A model generated the notes under the pieces. That model did not search any database. It was not told where the DNA came from and saw only the letters and a list, made by a program, of their open reading frames with translations. Both the position numbers and the translations under genes were made by a program. A DNA stretch of 64,000 bases, taken from NCBI RefSeq assembly GCF_009914755.1, contig NC_060932.1. One strand, written 5' to 3'. Shown here piece by piece: positions 1 to 16,206 of the stretch. The DNA comes from the human T2T-CHM13v2.0 reference genome, Homo sapiens. How positions within the stretch are numbered: position 1 is the stretch's first letter; each line of letters starts with the position of its first letter.

Positions 1-761
1 CCCACTCCCCTACCCTGTGCCCATAAAAACCCCAGGCTCTACCAGCAGAGAAGAGGAGAGGAGAAGAGGAGAAGCAGCTGGATGTCAGAGACTACGGTTG
101 GATGTCGGAGAGAAGCAGCTTAACTTCAGAGGGACAGCTTGACAGCATTCCTTTGGAGAGGAGTCAGCTGGGGACGGCCAGACAGACTCCAGGAGAAGAT
201 TATTTTTCCACTCCATCCCCTTTCCAGCTCCTCTTCCCACTGAGAGCCACTTTCATTGGCAACAAAATCCTCTGTATTCACCACCCTTCGATTTGTTCAT
301 GTGATCTGATTTTTCCTGGATGCTGAACAAGAGCGTGGGTGCCACAGGTGTGGATGCTAAAAGCTGTCACACTGACCCTCTGCCCTCACTGGTGGAGACC
401 AACTGCCCCATGTGAAAAGGCAGAGGGCCCACTGAGCCGTTAAAACTTAAGCCATCTGCGGACAGCAAAAGCTAAAAGAGAGTTAACTATAACACATTCC
501 TTCTGGGGCTTCAAGGGTTGTGGGTACTCCTCACAGATGCTGCCATGAGGCCTGCATGGAGTTTTGCTCCTGCCGGTGCCCAAAAGAATTCACCCAAGCT
601 CCTGCACCTGCTCACCTGCATGCTCCCTCCCTCAAGGGGCTGAGCGCAATGGGTTCAAGTGAGTGGAGTTTGCCCCTGCCAGCGCCAAAGCAGCCAGCTA
701 GCTCCAGCATGCGCATTCCAGTTCCCACCCACGAAGGGATCGGAGAAACTATCCTGCTTCA
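1..761 (+). mobile_element. ERV LTR (MER50-like), 5' part cut off by window edge
   Basis: TATA-like CATAAAA near the start, motifs GAGAAGCAGCT..CTTCAGAGGGACAGC and GCTGTCACAC..GCCC, and an ending ATCCTGCTTCA resemble the recalled MER50-type consensus; family not verified. Confidence 0.6.
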
Positions 762-873
762 ATTTTGTCAGAAAAAATCTTTTAAATATTTTTCATAATT
801 AACTTCATGAACAGTTGAAATATGTAATTGTCTTTGTCTTTTGCCTTTCTTTTATTTACTCTAACAAACCCTC

Positions 874-1205
<332 letters not shown>

Positions 1206-1454
1206 TCAATCTCTTTGACCTTTCCAAAAAGGACTAATGTCCCAATCTTTTAATCACATGCTATTTTCCAAATCCTTTTTCCCACTAATTTATTCTTTAA
1301 GTGTTTGCTGAGCACTTACTGCACACCTGACACCGTGCTAAGCACTGGGGATACAACGGAGCAGGGTGGAGGAAATATTTGTCTTCATCTTTTAAAATAT
1401 GCAACCTAAAAATCAAGTTCTGTTCTATTAAAAGCTCAACTCAGGTTTAACTGA

Positions 1455-1783
<329 letters not shown>

Positions 1784-2689
1784 CTCTTATATATTATATA
1801 TTTGATATTAAATGTTAATATTGTAAGATGCTTCCTCTTAAATATTAAAATTATTTCTTTGAACACTCAGTTTCAAAGGTCTTCTAAATTTTATTTACAC
1901 TACATTGGAAATATTCCCTTCCTGCCTAGCTTTTTCTTATTTGAGCAAATTCTCAATTTCATCATTTAAATACTGATTCCAAACTAGACAATTATCATAA
2001 CTGCCTGAGTGGCTTTAAAGAAAAAAGTCCCAAACCCCAGACTTTTGTCTTTTGATCAGGGTTTCTGTTGATCAGCCATATTTAAGAATTAAGCTCAACC
2101 ATTTAAGCTGACTAAATGGTAACTTACATAATTTGTAAATGAAAAATATGTGGAACTAAAAATGTGTTTGATTTATCTTCAAAATATGTATTTGAATCGT
2201 CCTATAATTAGCTACAGAACACGTACCAACCTGTAGATTTCAGTTTTTAAAAATTAGTGTTGCTTTGTTACAGGTCACATATTACCTTTGCTAAAAGATG
2301 CAAGTTAATTTCCAAATGAATTTCAAGAATCCTAAGAATCCTAAGTACCTTTTTAACATAATGAACGAAAAAGCCACCTGCGTATTCCACTCGTTCTCTG
2401 AACCGTATCTAACAAAAAACCTTTCTAAAAACCACAGACAGTTAGGGACAGTCAGGTGTGTCAAGCATTATGACCACGTATGAAAATATTGGGTGTTTGT
2501 TTTTGTGTGGTTTGGTTTTTTGCTCTATATGTCAACTATAATATAACAAAGATGTTGACAATATAACACTACAATATAACAAAGATGGGTAAGTGGGTAA
2601 AATTAGTGTAATAGAAGCTTCAAACACTGGTGCCTTCTGATTTCTAGGTTAAATTTTCCCCCTTCTGTGCATAAAATAATAGTTTACAT

Positions 2690-2895
2690 TTATTTAGTGC
2701 CTACTAAGTGTCAACTACCATTTTAAATATCTCATAAATCCTCATAACAACACAAATAGCCAAGTACAATTAGCCTAATTTACTGATGAGGATACACAGA
2801 GAGGTTATGTAACTTTCCCAGTTCCATAGCTAGTAAGTAGTGGCACAGGATTTGTACCTAGGCAGTCTGACCCCATAGCCTGCATTCTTAACAGC
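2690..2895 (-). mobile_element. MIR SINE
   Basis: MIR core-like TTTACTGATGAGG..ACAGAGAGGTTATGTAACTTTCCCA..AGCTAGTAAGT. Confidence 0.7.
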
Positions 2896-3488
2896 ATGTG
2901 TTTAACATTTATAGAATTAATGTCTTGAAAAATAGATTCAAATCTATCTATCCAAATAGATACATCTATCTATAGAGATACATATACAAACATATACAGA
3001 ACAAGAGTGCTGTATAGGTATCACCCATTATATTTAAAGATCAAGACAATAACTATTTGTTCAGTTAGACTACAGGGCAATCATTTTCATGACCACTGTC
3101 CTTACCAACCAGCAAATATTTTCTAGTTTGCTGTGTTCAACTGATCTCCCAGGTGGAATTAACAAAAAGCTTTCTACAGCTGATCTATTAGTGGCAACTC
3201 TGTCACGTTTGATGTAGCTGAGGGCAGGGCCAAACTGGGAGCAGCACTGTGAGTTCCACCTGGCTGACTCGGGAGTGAGTCCACAGCCTAGAGGATCAAA
3301 CTCTTCATGCAGCGGCTCATTTTGTACAATCAGATAAATCTCTCAATTGAAAGCAGAGTTGCTACAGCTTTCACTCATTTTTTGACTACAGCTGCAATTT
3401 TACTTATTCTGCTGACCTTGTAAGACTAGTCAGACAAGTCTTACTTGGCCATATCAAACTAAAAGTCTGTTTAAAAATAGAAAATGTT

Positions 3489-3867
<379 letters not shown>

Positions 3868-4012
3868 TTATAGATAGTAATCTAAACTAAAACATTGAGA
3901 ACATCATATTTAGTCTCAGTAATTCCAACACTTATCTTCTACAACTGATCTTCTTCAATGTATAAGTTAAAGTTATTCAATATCCTGTAAAACAAGAAGG
4001 AACACTGCACTA

Positions 4013-4252
<240 letters not shown>

Positions 4253-4289
4253 TTATTCATACCTAAACATACATCTAAGGAAGTCAGGG

Positions 4290-4520
4290 AGACGGCATTG
4301 GTTTGAGAGCCTGTCTGCCTGGGTTGAATCCTTACTGTTACCTGGTAGCTGACTAATACTGTTAGGAAGTGCGTGTGTGACCATAGAAAGCTGCTTAACT
4401 TCTCTAACCCTCAGTCTCCTCAGCTGTAAAATAATTCCTACCTCATAGGTTTATTCTGATGATTAAAAGTGCTTTAAACAAAGCCTGGTATATAGTAAGC
4501 ACTCAAAAATTATTGTAATT
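4290..4520 (+). mobile_element. MIR SINE
   Basis: CTTAACTTCTCTAACCCTCAGTCTCCTCAGCTGTAAAAT..AGTAAGCACTCAA MIR-like. Confidence 0.65.
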
Positions 4521-5720
4521 ATTGCTAGTTTGAGGATAAGTACAAAGCTAGACCCATAAATGTCATCATGATGGGCAAATTTCTAAGTTTGTGAACAAAA
4601 TGTCCCTTTAGAGCCTCTCTGATAAGATTGCTGGAATGAATAAGCTACTGGTATAAGCTACTTTAATGTTTTTTCTTTCTACTCTTCACTGAAATAATAT
4701 AATACTTATCTGAAAACTCATTACCTACAACTTAACCTTTGTTCATCTTAGCCTTCTGATACTCCAATTTGTTACTGCTATTTACATTCTAACATTACTG
4801 CATATGATCTCACTGTGGGCTGTCTCAAAGCTTTGTGAATAAAGTGAGAAACACATACCTGTATTCACACTGCTTCAAAACACGATGGCACTCTAAGAGC
4901 AAATGGTGCCATGCATATATTTTTAAAATAGCGGGAACATCAGAAGAGAATCAGAAGAGTCGCACATGTGTGAGAATGAGTATAAACAAAGGACATACAA
5001 ATAAGCTAAACGTGTATAAACCAGGATTAGAACACATACAACTTCTAGACTCCTATCCAAAACTGTCTCTCTCTCTACTGTGACAGGCCCGTTATGTTCC
5101 TTACTCCAGCGTCCACCCATTGTCACCTCGCCAAAGCAACTGTTATAGCAGAGGAGGCTAAGGCTTAGCAAGAAGAAAGCCCAAAATACAAGCATACGGC
5201 TATGCAAATACAGGGGGGCTTGCGTGCTTTATACCTACTGCCATCACAGTACAGATGGTCTTGATTTTAACTACTTGTTTAAAGGTATGGGCCTCCTCAG
5301 ATACAGCACTTGAGCCCTGGAGAAGAGGAACCAATTTTTATTTGTTGTGATGTTCCCAGAGCTTAGTATCGTGTCAAGCATGTTAGCTAAGTAAATGGGC
5401 TGCTAATTTCTCTTCTTCCTGTACTCAGATTTCTAGGTACCTTTAGAAAATTTTAATTTAACATAGGACCACAATACATCAGTGAGACAACCCAATAACC
5501 ATTAAAATCAATCACATTTTCCCCTCTTCACATCACCCCAAAGGTCTGGGTTAGGTTCCAGATATAAGTACATAGCTCACTGCAATTTAATTCCCTGTTA
5601 ATTGTCTCTAATTTCCTGTGCTTCTTGAAAGTAAAATCCATTTTCACCCTTGTAGAATCCCTTGTGCTTAGCACAGTACCTGGCACTTAGTTGGTACTCA
5701 TTCCACAAATATTTGAGCAA

Positions 5721-5953
5721 TTTTTTTTTAAGACTGGGTCTTGCTCCGTCACCCAGGCTAGAGTGCATAGATCAGAGTAGTGTGATCATAGATCACTGCA
5801 GTCTCAAACTCCTGTGCTCAAGCAATCCTCCTGTCTCAGCCTCCCAAGTAGCTAGGACTATGTGCACACGTCACCACACCTGGATAATTTTTAAATTTTT
5901 TGTAGAGATGGGGGTCATGCTATGTTGCCCCGGCTGGTCTCAAACTCCTGGCC
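5721..5953 (-). mobile_element. Old (J-like) partial Alu
   Basis: diverged reverse Alu consensus. Confidence 0.85.
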
Positions 5954-6468
5954 TTTGTTATTTTTATTACTGAAATTTGGGATATACTCAAAGTATGAAA
6001 GTTGGGAACTTCTATACTTTTGTTACTGGAAGTTGGGAAGGACATCACAAGCAGTCACTCTTCAGCACCAAATGCCCTGACGATGAATGAAGTTTTTAAA
6101 TGATGATAAATAACTGATCTGCTGAAGACTAGTACCTTTAAGTTAGAATGAAAGTCACATTTGTATACACATTCTCCTGTTCTATCCTGATAACCTGTAG
6201 ACTATTAAGAGGAGTAGCTGGATTAGGAGTGTATTATGAGGGATTTTGCAATGTGAAGAGAAGGAGGTTAACCAACATCAACCTTTGAGCTGGGCTAGAG
6301 ATGACGTATTATTTCATAATGCTTAGAAACGTGCACAAACATACATTTGAATACAATTTCAGAAAGTTCATGCATCTTGAAACTCTAGGCTCTCCACAGT
6401 ACCCTCTGTGGACCTAATCTAAGAACCCATATTTTAGAAGAAAAAAAAAATGTGAAAAAAGATATGAT

Positions 6469-6823
<355 letters not shown>

Positions 6824-7458
6824 TCATGGGTATCTATATTTTTACAGGGTTAATAAAAGAGCAAAATTGGTTAGTAGTAATCTGATTTTTAAAAAATTTT
6901 GGAGGTTAAAGTGGTCTGCTTTGATATAAAACACTTTGGCATCTAATAACTCTAAGATGTATGCTATTGGGAGCCACTGAAGGTTTTTAATAAGGCAAAT
7001 AACATAATCAGATATATCTTTTAAGATCGCTTTTCTAGAAACATTGCTAGATTAGAAGAGAAATTAGAGGCAGAAAGAACAATGAAAAGATTATTGTACT
7101 ACCCATCTCTTGCCTGAACTAGAAACACACACAAAAATTGATTTAAGTGATATTCAGAAGTAGAATGAATTATTCTTCCTAAAAATTTGAATTTGGGACA
7201 AGGGGCAAGAACAGTTAAAGATGCCCTTGATGTTTCCAGCTCCAGTAACTGGGTGATAACAAGATCTAAAAGGCACACACAAGGTGCTCAGTACCTGGAG
7301 AATAAATAAATAAATCAGACAAAAATTTTGCTTCTCACATTAGATGTTTAACGGAAGTTTAATTTAACTCCTCCCACCAAGCCAGGCGACAACAACAAAG
7401 TTACAAACACAATATCCTCACAAAGTCAACTAGGTCATTAGAAGAGATAATGAATTCA

Positions 7459-7751
7459 GGCCCGGCGTGGTGCCTCACGCCTGTAATCCCAGCACTTTCG
7501 GAGGCCGAGGCGGGCGGATCACAAGGTCAAGAGATTGAGACCATCCTGGCCAACATGGTGAAACCCCGTCTCTACTAAAAATACAAAAATTAGCCGGGCG
7601 TGGTGGCGTACGCCTGTACTCCCAACTACTCGGGAGGCTGAGGCAGGAGAATCACTTGAACCCAAGAGGCAGAGGTTGCAGTGAGCCGAGATTGTGCCAC
7701 TGTATGTACTCCAGCCTGGTGACAGAGTGAGACTCCGTCTCAAAAAAAAAA
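7459..7751 (+). mobile_element. Alu with clear TSD
   Basis: full dimer; AGATAATGAATTCA duplicated on both flanks. Confidence 0.95.
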
Positions 7752-8739
7752 GAATAGAAAAGATAATGAATTCAGTTTCAAGATGTCCAGTAAGCAGTTA
7801 AAAATATAACACTGCAGAACACGAGTGATGGAGATCCCATTAGTGGTTGCCAAGGGAATGGATGTGATTATCCAGAGAGAACATATAGAGCAGCAAGACA
7901 ACTGAGGATACAGTCTTAGAGAATGCTGATATTTAAAGGGCAGATGAAAGAAGAGAAGCCAGCTGAGATTAAAACAGGCTGAAATGGATGCAGGACAAGG
8001 AAAAGCAAAAGTAGGAATGATGTGATTTGGCTAAAGCAAAGGATCTAGACTCTTAAGATAAATCAGACTAAGAGGTTAGGAATCAATTTTGTGGCCAAAG
8101 ATCTTCAAACATCGGAGGTCTAGAAGGCTCATACTCCAATTCTCCCCATTTGCCCCCAACCCCAGGTGCTGGCGTTCATAGCAGGGTACAGTTTGAAAAT
8201 CTGTACCCCACAGATTTGGGGGTACAAATAGTCATGGAGAGTTTCTGAATGGGAATTAACATGAATAGAGGTGGCATTAGGAAGACTAATCAGAAAACCA
8301 CGTATAGGATTAATTGATAAAAAACTAGATTTTGCAAGCAACTAAGGAACCAATTTCAAAGATGGAAATGAGGACTTGAATTAAGATGTGGCAGTTAGCA
8401 TGAAAAAAGCAGCTTCAACAAGACTTCACCAGCCTGAGGTGTTGGCCAGGCTTTTTGGTAGGAATTGAGACTCTTTTGGGAGTTTTTTGGGGGACACAGG
8501 GTCAGTGACACTGAGGCACTGGTCTAATGAAGGATTAACTTGGCAATGGTAATTAGGATTGAATGGCAGGTAAGATAGGAGATAGAGAAACAACAAAATT
8601 ATTATAGCCGCACAGGTGTAAAGTGATGAGAATTTGAAATAAAGTTTAGCAGTAGGCATTCCTTAGTGACATTCTGCTGTTTTTTCCAGAATGGTACTTC
8701 CAGTTTCCGACTGACTCAATTTCTGGTCACCCAGTTGGA

Positions 8740-8759
8740 AGACATGCCTGGGCATGTCA
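8740..8759. promoter_or_regulatory. p53 response element in RRM2B intron 1
   Basis: AGACATGCCT GGGCATGTCA = two adjacent RRRCWWGYYY half-sites (19/20, no spacer); RRM2B is an established p53 target through an intron-1 site. Confidence 0.92.
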
Positions 8760-9279
8760 GGACAACAATTTAGGTCAAGATTTCCCAGCAAGCACTTACG
8801 ATGCCCCAATCTAGGCTGGCATCATACCAGGCTCTTACCTCCTATCCAGCCCCAATTCCACCACTTCCGTTTCTTTGCCTTTATGTCTCTTCTACTTCTG
8901 TAAAATAGCTGTATGTTGTCATAGTCATACACTACTTGTAAGTATTATTTTCACTTCTATTCCCACAAAGTCTGACGGAACCAATGGGATACCCGCCCAG
9001 GTGCAAGAACTTGGTTTTAAATTTAGCTCCTCTACTGAGTCCTGGGCATGCCATTTAATGTTTTCTGGCCTAAACTTTACCTTGACAATAGACTATGAAT
9101 TAGATTAGCAATAGTTAACTCTGAGAAATTGACAATAACTATGGACCCCTTTCTCAGAAGATTCACATCTGCACATACAAAATCTACATATCACTTCAGG
9201 AGATTTATAAAGCCCCTTCTAGTCTATCTATGGACCCTTTAAGACAGTGGGGGGTTTTTTGTTTTTGTTTTAATATGTG

Positions 9280-9425
9280 TACCAGGATCACCTGAAGTAC
9301 TTGTTAAAAATGCAGATCTCAAGAGATTTTGATTCACTATGTTTGGGGTGTTGGTCCAGCAATTTACATTTTTTACAAAATACTCCAAGTGACTCTGATG
9401 CAGGTCTCCTATTATGCACTCTGGC
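9280..9425. mobile_element. MER5A-like hAT DNA transposon remnant
   Basis: ATCACCTG..CTTGTTAAAAATGCAGAT..GTGACTCTGATGCA. Confidence 0.65.
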
Positions 9426-10320
9426 ATCTAGAAAAACAAAGTGCTTCAGGCAACCCAGCATCTCAAGTTAAAAACTTTTGGACCACTAAAATTCATTCTG
9501 AATCTAAAATTCTGTCTGTCCTTGCGGGTCTGTATCATTGAGATAGGAGTAATAAATAAAATGTAATATCCAGGTGTTAAGCCTGAATCACTGCTGGTGC
9601 CATTAGCATAAACAGCAGTCTGAATTTTCCCCTTTGAGTAGGGAAGTTGGTACTAAACGCATTTGTTTCAAAACAGGAAGAAAAAGCTTGAGGGATATTT
9701 ACAGTTAGTTACTAAATGCTTACAAAAATCAAGTTAAATAAAATAAAATCTCAAACCTGGAATCTACAACTTTCTAAAGAAATGTAGGGCCAAGCATGAA
9801 TCTCTTGGGGTGGAAACGTTTGTTTCCCCCAAATCTTCACAGTATTAAATCAAAGATACCACAGCAACAGGTTCCAGTAGTACAAAAAGCATTTCTCTTG
9901 TCCACAAAGGGCTTAGAAGTATTTGCAAAATGACAGTGTTTGAAAATTATACAGCAACAGTTTAAACTACCATACAATCCTACAGTCTAACAAATTCTGG
10001 TTTATTTATTTTAGGTACTTTTATCAGCATAAACAACTTGGATGAACAACTTGGGCTTATTAAGCACCTACAATTTTCGTGGCACTTTGCATAAAGCATT
10101 TTACTTAATTCTCTCTGAAGTATCACTTCCATTGTATAAAGGAAGAAAGTGACACCCCGAAGATTCAGTTAGTTAAGGAGCCGGGCCTGAGCAAAACTGG
10201 CCTCCTACCCTGATTTTTTCACTGGGAGGAGGTCATGAGGATTTCGTGTCCCCTTCTACCTGTCATCTTCACCCCAGCCACCTGTGTCAATTTCCACACG
10301 CGTTCTCCAACTCCTTGTCA

Positions 10321-10722
<402 letters not shown>

Positions 10723-10726
10723 TTAC

Positions 10727-10774
10727 CTCATCCTGATCCAGCCCGGCCGCTTCCGGCCTTTCCGGGTCGCCCAT
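10727..10774 (-). CDS. RRM2B: RRM2B canonical exon 1 coding part (16 codons)
   Basis: gcgATGG start, MGDPERPEAAGLDQDE, donor GAG|GTAAAT, phase 0 into exon 2. Confidence 0.96.
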
Positions 10775-10974
10775 CGCGCAGACTCCGCCGAAGCTACGGG
10801 CGCTGAGGGAACTGAGCTCCTCAGGCCACCTCCAACTACGACAGCACCCAGGTGGTCCGCTGGTCCGCTGGGTCCGCCCCGCCCCCAGCTCTAGGGACTC
10901 GGCCGGCCCCGCCCCGCCGCGCCGGTCCTGCTTTCTCGCCTGTCCATTGAGTGACTCTCCCTGCGCCGGCCCGG

Positions 10975-11290
10975 CCCCGCCTCCCCCGCCTCGGGGCTCC
11001 GCCTAACTTCGGCCAGCCCCGCCTCCCCGCCTGCGGCCTAAGGGTTTCTCCCCGCCTCGGCCGACCCGCCTCCCCTACTGCGGCCTAAGGGATCCTCCCC
11101 GCCTCGGCCTGCCCTGCCTCCCAGCCTGTGGCCTAAGGGATTATCCCTGTCTCGGCAAGCCCCGCCTGCCTTGGGGCACCGCCTACCTCTGCCAGCCACG
11201 CCTCCCCTGCCTCGGGGCTCCGCCTACCCCGGCCAGCCCCATTTCCCCGCCTGCGGCCTAAGGAAATCTCCCTGCTTCCGCTGGCCCCGC
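10975..11290. repeat. Degenerate GC-rich ~47-bp tandem repeat in the RRM2B promoter
   Basis: CTG(C/T)GGCCTAAGG at 11031, 11078, 11126 and 11251, with CCCCGCCTC-rich spacers. Confidence 0.8.
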
Positions 11291-11299
11291 CTTACTCTG

Positions 11300-11798
11300 T
11301 TGCACCGCCCAGTCGCCCGGCTTTCCACTGAGGGACGCCCCCTGCTCTGGACTGCTTAGCCTACTCCAGCTGGCCCCACCTCACCTCATCGGCCCCGCCT
11401 CCTCCGCTCGCCCACTCCGGGCGCCCACTCCTGAGGAGCTATCCCAGAGTCCGCGCGGCCTCGCCTTCCCGGCCCGCTCACCACCCCGCCTCGTCCCACC
11501 TCGCCTCGCCCTCCCCGGGCTCTAGCCACTTGGTGCGGCAGGTGTCCTGCAGGCCGGCTCGAGATTCCCGAGCTCGCCCTCGTGGTGTTCCAGGAACACG
11601 GTACTTTGCGCTAGCCTGGCCTGTCCTGAGAGACTGCGGGAGGCGAAGAGAACGCGCTGTTGCTGTGGGAAGCGCCGGGGACGGGACAGCTACACCGCCA
11701 AACACTTCGCTAGGGAAAGGGCTGGCTGGTTTCGTGCGTAAACAACCGAAAAGGGGAAGTGTCTGGGGGAAAGTGTGTGTGTGTGTGTGTGAATGCGG
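11300..11798 (+). ncRNA. Probable first exon of a divergent lncRNA (possibly the annotated UBR5 antisense transcript); 5' end approximate
   Basis: CpG island continues on the + side and ends at a strong + strand donor CGG|GTGAGT (GT 11799-11800); a lncRNA at this locus is recalled, not verified. Confidence 0.45.
11773..11790. repeat. (GT)9 microsatellite
   Basis: read directly. Confidence 0.95.
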
Positions 11799-12761
11799 GT
11801 GAGTGAGGGGGAGAGGGACACGTTACTAAAGTCAGGCAAATATTTTGAAAAAAATATATTTTGAAAAAAATAGTTTGGTCTAACAAAAATAAAATGGAAG
11901 AGAGATTTGTTTAAGTAGTTTGAAGCTGAAAGATTGACGGGATCTTGCCATGACCTGAACAGCATGCACCTGTTTTGTGGCTGGCTGAAGGATGGTAAAT
12001 AGGATCAAGATCTCACTTTAAGCGTTGAAAATGCTGAAAGCCCTTTCTCAAACCTGCCATAGCGTAGGGGTAGACAGTCTTTCTTAAAGCAACTACTAGG
12101 GGTCAAATGCTGAGTGAAATTTTTTTCATCTGTGAACTTTAAATAATAGCCACATACATTCTGCTAGGCAACTGAGTCTCAATTTACTATAGGCCACGTG
12201 GCAAATAATCAGATTCAATTAAAGTCATCAAACAATAATTGTGTGTCGGGCATCACGTTTAGGTATTCAAGATACAAACATGAATGAGTTTGGTGAAAAA
12301 GTCATATCATCATGGGCATGAATTCTAGTTCCCTCACTTATTAGCTATGCTACCTTGGGTCAATTAACCTCTCTGAGACTCAGCTTTCTCATCTACAGGA
12401 TAAGAATAATAATCCCTTCCTCATAAGGTTGTTGTGTGAATTTAATAATATATTACTTGTAAAACACTTATTGGGGTGGGAAATTACCTTGATGCAATGG
12501 TAGCTTCCACGTACGAGTCAGGCCATCCCAGAGGGTCATGGAACTCAGATGGCTGAGTTCAAAAGGCTCAGATCAAATTGAGATGCCTGAGTCACACAGT
12601 TTATTAAATCAATTTATTTTCATTTTAAATAAGTTTATTCAAACAAGACATTTGACTTGAAAGGAAAACTAGGATTTTTTTTTAAGAGTAATGTGTCATT
12701 ACTGAAAGATTGCCTTACATGTAATAGCCACGTACAAAGAGTTATAAAATTGTCTTGGCTA

Positions 12762-13055
12762 GGCCGGCACGGTGGCTCACGCCTGTAATCCCAGCACTTT
12801 GGGAGGCCAAGGCGGGTGGATCACCTGAGGCCAGGAGTTCGAGACCAGCCTAACCAACATGGCAAAACCCGTCTCTACTAAAAATACAAAAATTAGCCGG
12901 GCGTGTTGGCGCATGCCTATAATTCTAGCTACTTGAGAGGCTGAGGCAGGAGAATAGCTTGAATCCTGGAGGCAGAGGTTACAGTGAGCTGAGATTGTGC
13001 CATTGCACTCCTGCCTTGATGACAAGAGCAAAACTCAGTCTCAAAAAAAAAAAAA
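12762..13055 (+). mobile_element. Alu inserted in the SUMO2 pseudogene 3'UTR
   Basis: full dimer; TSD AATTGTC(C)TTGGCT. Confidence 0.95.
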
Positions 13056-13228
13056 GAATTGTCCTTGGCTTTACAATCATAAACAAAATACATTACAATT
13101 CTTCAACTGAAGAAGATATGCAAAAACTGTTATGGTGTTTTGTTTTGTGTGTGGGGTTTTTTTGGTTAAAACAGAGCAAAATAACGAACTGGAATATAAA
13201 GATAAGACCTGAATGAGCATGGCATTAA

Positions 13229-13609
<381 letters not shown>

Positions 13610-14087
13610 TTGACCATTTGGTTAAAAAATGCAATACGCTTTTATGCATTATAACTATGGCATATACAATATGCCATAAAGACTATATGAAGATGTAGAA
13701 TTCTGTTACTCCTAGAGATCTTGCAGTTACACATTTAATTGTTTACATAGTTACATTGTAACTAATATATACATATAATAAAGTAATGGGGAAGAGGAAA
13801 ATGATAGAGAAAACTATACTGTAGTAGTCAGGGTGTGATGGAACCAAATCGCAGTTTTCTAATTGAAAATGCATTCTTGGTCCGTAAGAACAGAGTTCTG
13901 TAATAAAGTAGCAGGCTCCATTTTTAGTCAAAACCTCCTGTCCTTGGAACACATTAATTGTATCTTTAGCCTCCATCTTCAACTTTACAGGTGTGTCTAT
14001 TTCATTGATTGGTTGCACATGAAGTCTAGAATCTGATCAACCTCATTGCCTAACCCTGTTCACAATAGGCTTTCATTAATTTACTAA

Positions 14088-14457
<370 letters not shown>

Positions 14458-15044
14458 TCAAATTAATAGGATTGTTGTTCTCAATCTTGCCTCCTTCTTT
14501 GGGCTTTCTGTCAGCCAGAGTCTTCTTAGCTGCCACTTCACAAAACAGGTGCCAGTTCTGTGCCAAACAAGCACACAAGCTGTACCCTATTAAATCATTT
14601 TAAAACATAACAGCAAGGGGAAAGAGATTGAGTGGACTAACATATTTTGGTTAGGATGTGGGGAGGGGAGAGAGTGGAAGGATTATACCATCTGAATCTT
14701 AATGTTACTGTTCGTGTACTGTTTGATGCATCAGACTTCCTTGCTGGTGGTGTAGTTATGAGGACCATAGTGAGGATGAGCAAGACTGCTCAGCAGGTAG
14801 AAGGTGGAGCCAGCACACACTTTTCTTTTGGAGAACTGCTGGAACCTGACTCCAGCTATAACTGCATTTATAACCAGTTATAATTAACCTACTGAGCAGC
14901 TATGGATGGTATCTGTGTTTCTTGGACAGAGCACGTGTGGGGCCAGAGTGGATCTCACCAGTGAGTGGCTGGTTTAGGGATAACATAGTTGTCAGTCTGG
15001 CAGTAACATGATCATTACCTTATGAATATTTAAGATTTATTTGG

Positions 15045-15336
<292 letters not shown>

Positions 15337-15850
15337 ATTTACTTGGTCCTTCTAGCCCTTTTAATCTAAAAGTGGAACTCTCATGTGTTCCATTATTTTT
15401 GTGTATGTTCAATACATATATGTTCCATTCATCCTATTTTTAACATGCCTCACAGTGTAATTATTTATTATTTATACTTAATACATCTTACAAATTTCAT
15501 TATGTCTAACAAGCCATTTGCTCCCATACTTAGTTTCTCTCAATTTCTGTGGCAGAATTGAATATTCTTAAATGACACAGCAAAAACATCACAGTACTCA
15601 GAATAGTGTAGGCAGTGTGAGTTTCCCCCAGGATGTTCAAAGTTATTGGAAGAGCAAATGGAAAAAAATAACACGCGTAACTGAAAGATCTCAAGGAGTA
15701 AGAGGATTCTGCATCTTCATATGGACTTTATGGCATATTGTATTTTCCAAAAATGGCCACAACAATATTTCTGGTACCATATGCTGTTCCAGAACTTGGA
15801 TACACCTCCCCTTAAAAGGTGGTGTCTAATGCACTTCCCTTTGCATATAG

Positions 15851-16176
<326 letters not shown>

Positions 16177-16206
16177 TATTAATACTAACTTCTAACAAAT
16201 AGGATA

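Noticed and set aside
102-798. ORFs 102..326 and 520..798
   Set aside because: Inside an LTR; no protein family resemblance
3420-3444. Hairpin GTAAGACTAGTC-A-GACAAGTCTTAC
   Set aside because: Short, isolated and imperfect; compatible with chance
10975-11290. Repeat-spacer-like periodicity suggesting a CRISPR array
   Set aside because: Eukaryotic context, the spacers are themselves related, and there are no cas genes; it is a degenerate minisatellite
11530-11802. 90-aa + strand ORF in the putative lncRNA exon
   Set aside because: Non-ATG start, runs through a (GT)n repeat, no homology recognised
11839-11872. Duplicated ATATTTTGAAAAAAAT
   Set aside because: Simple low-complexity slippage duplication
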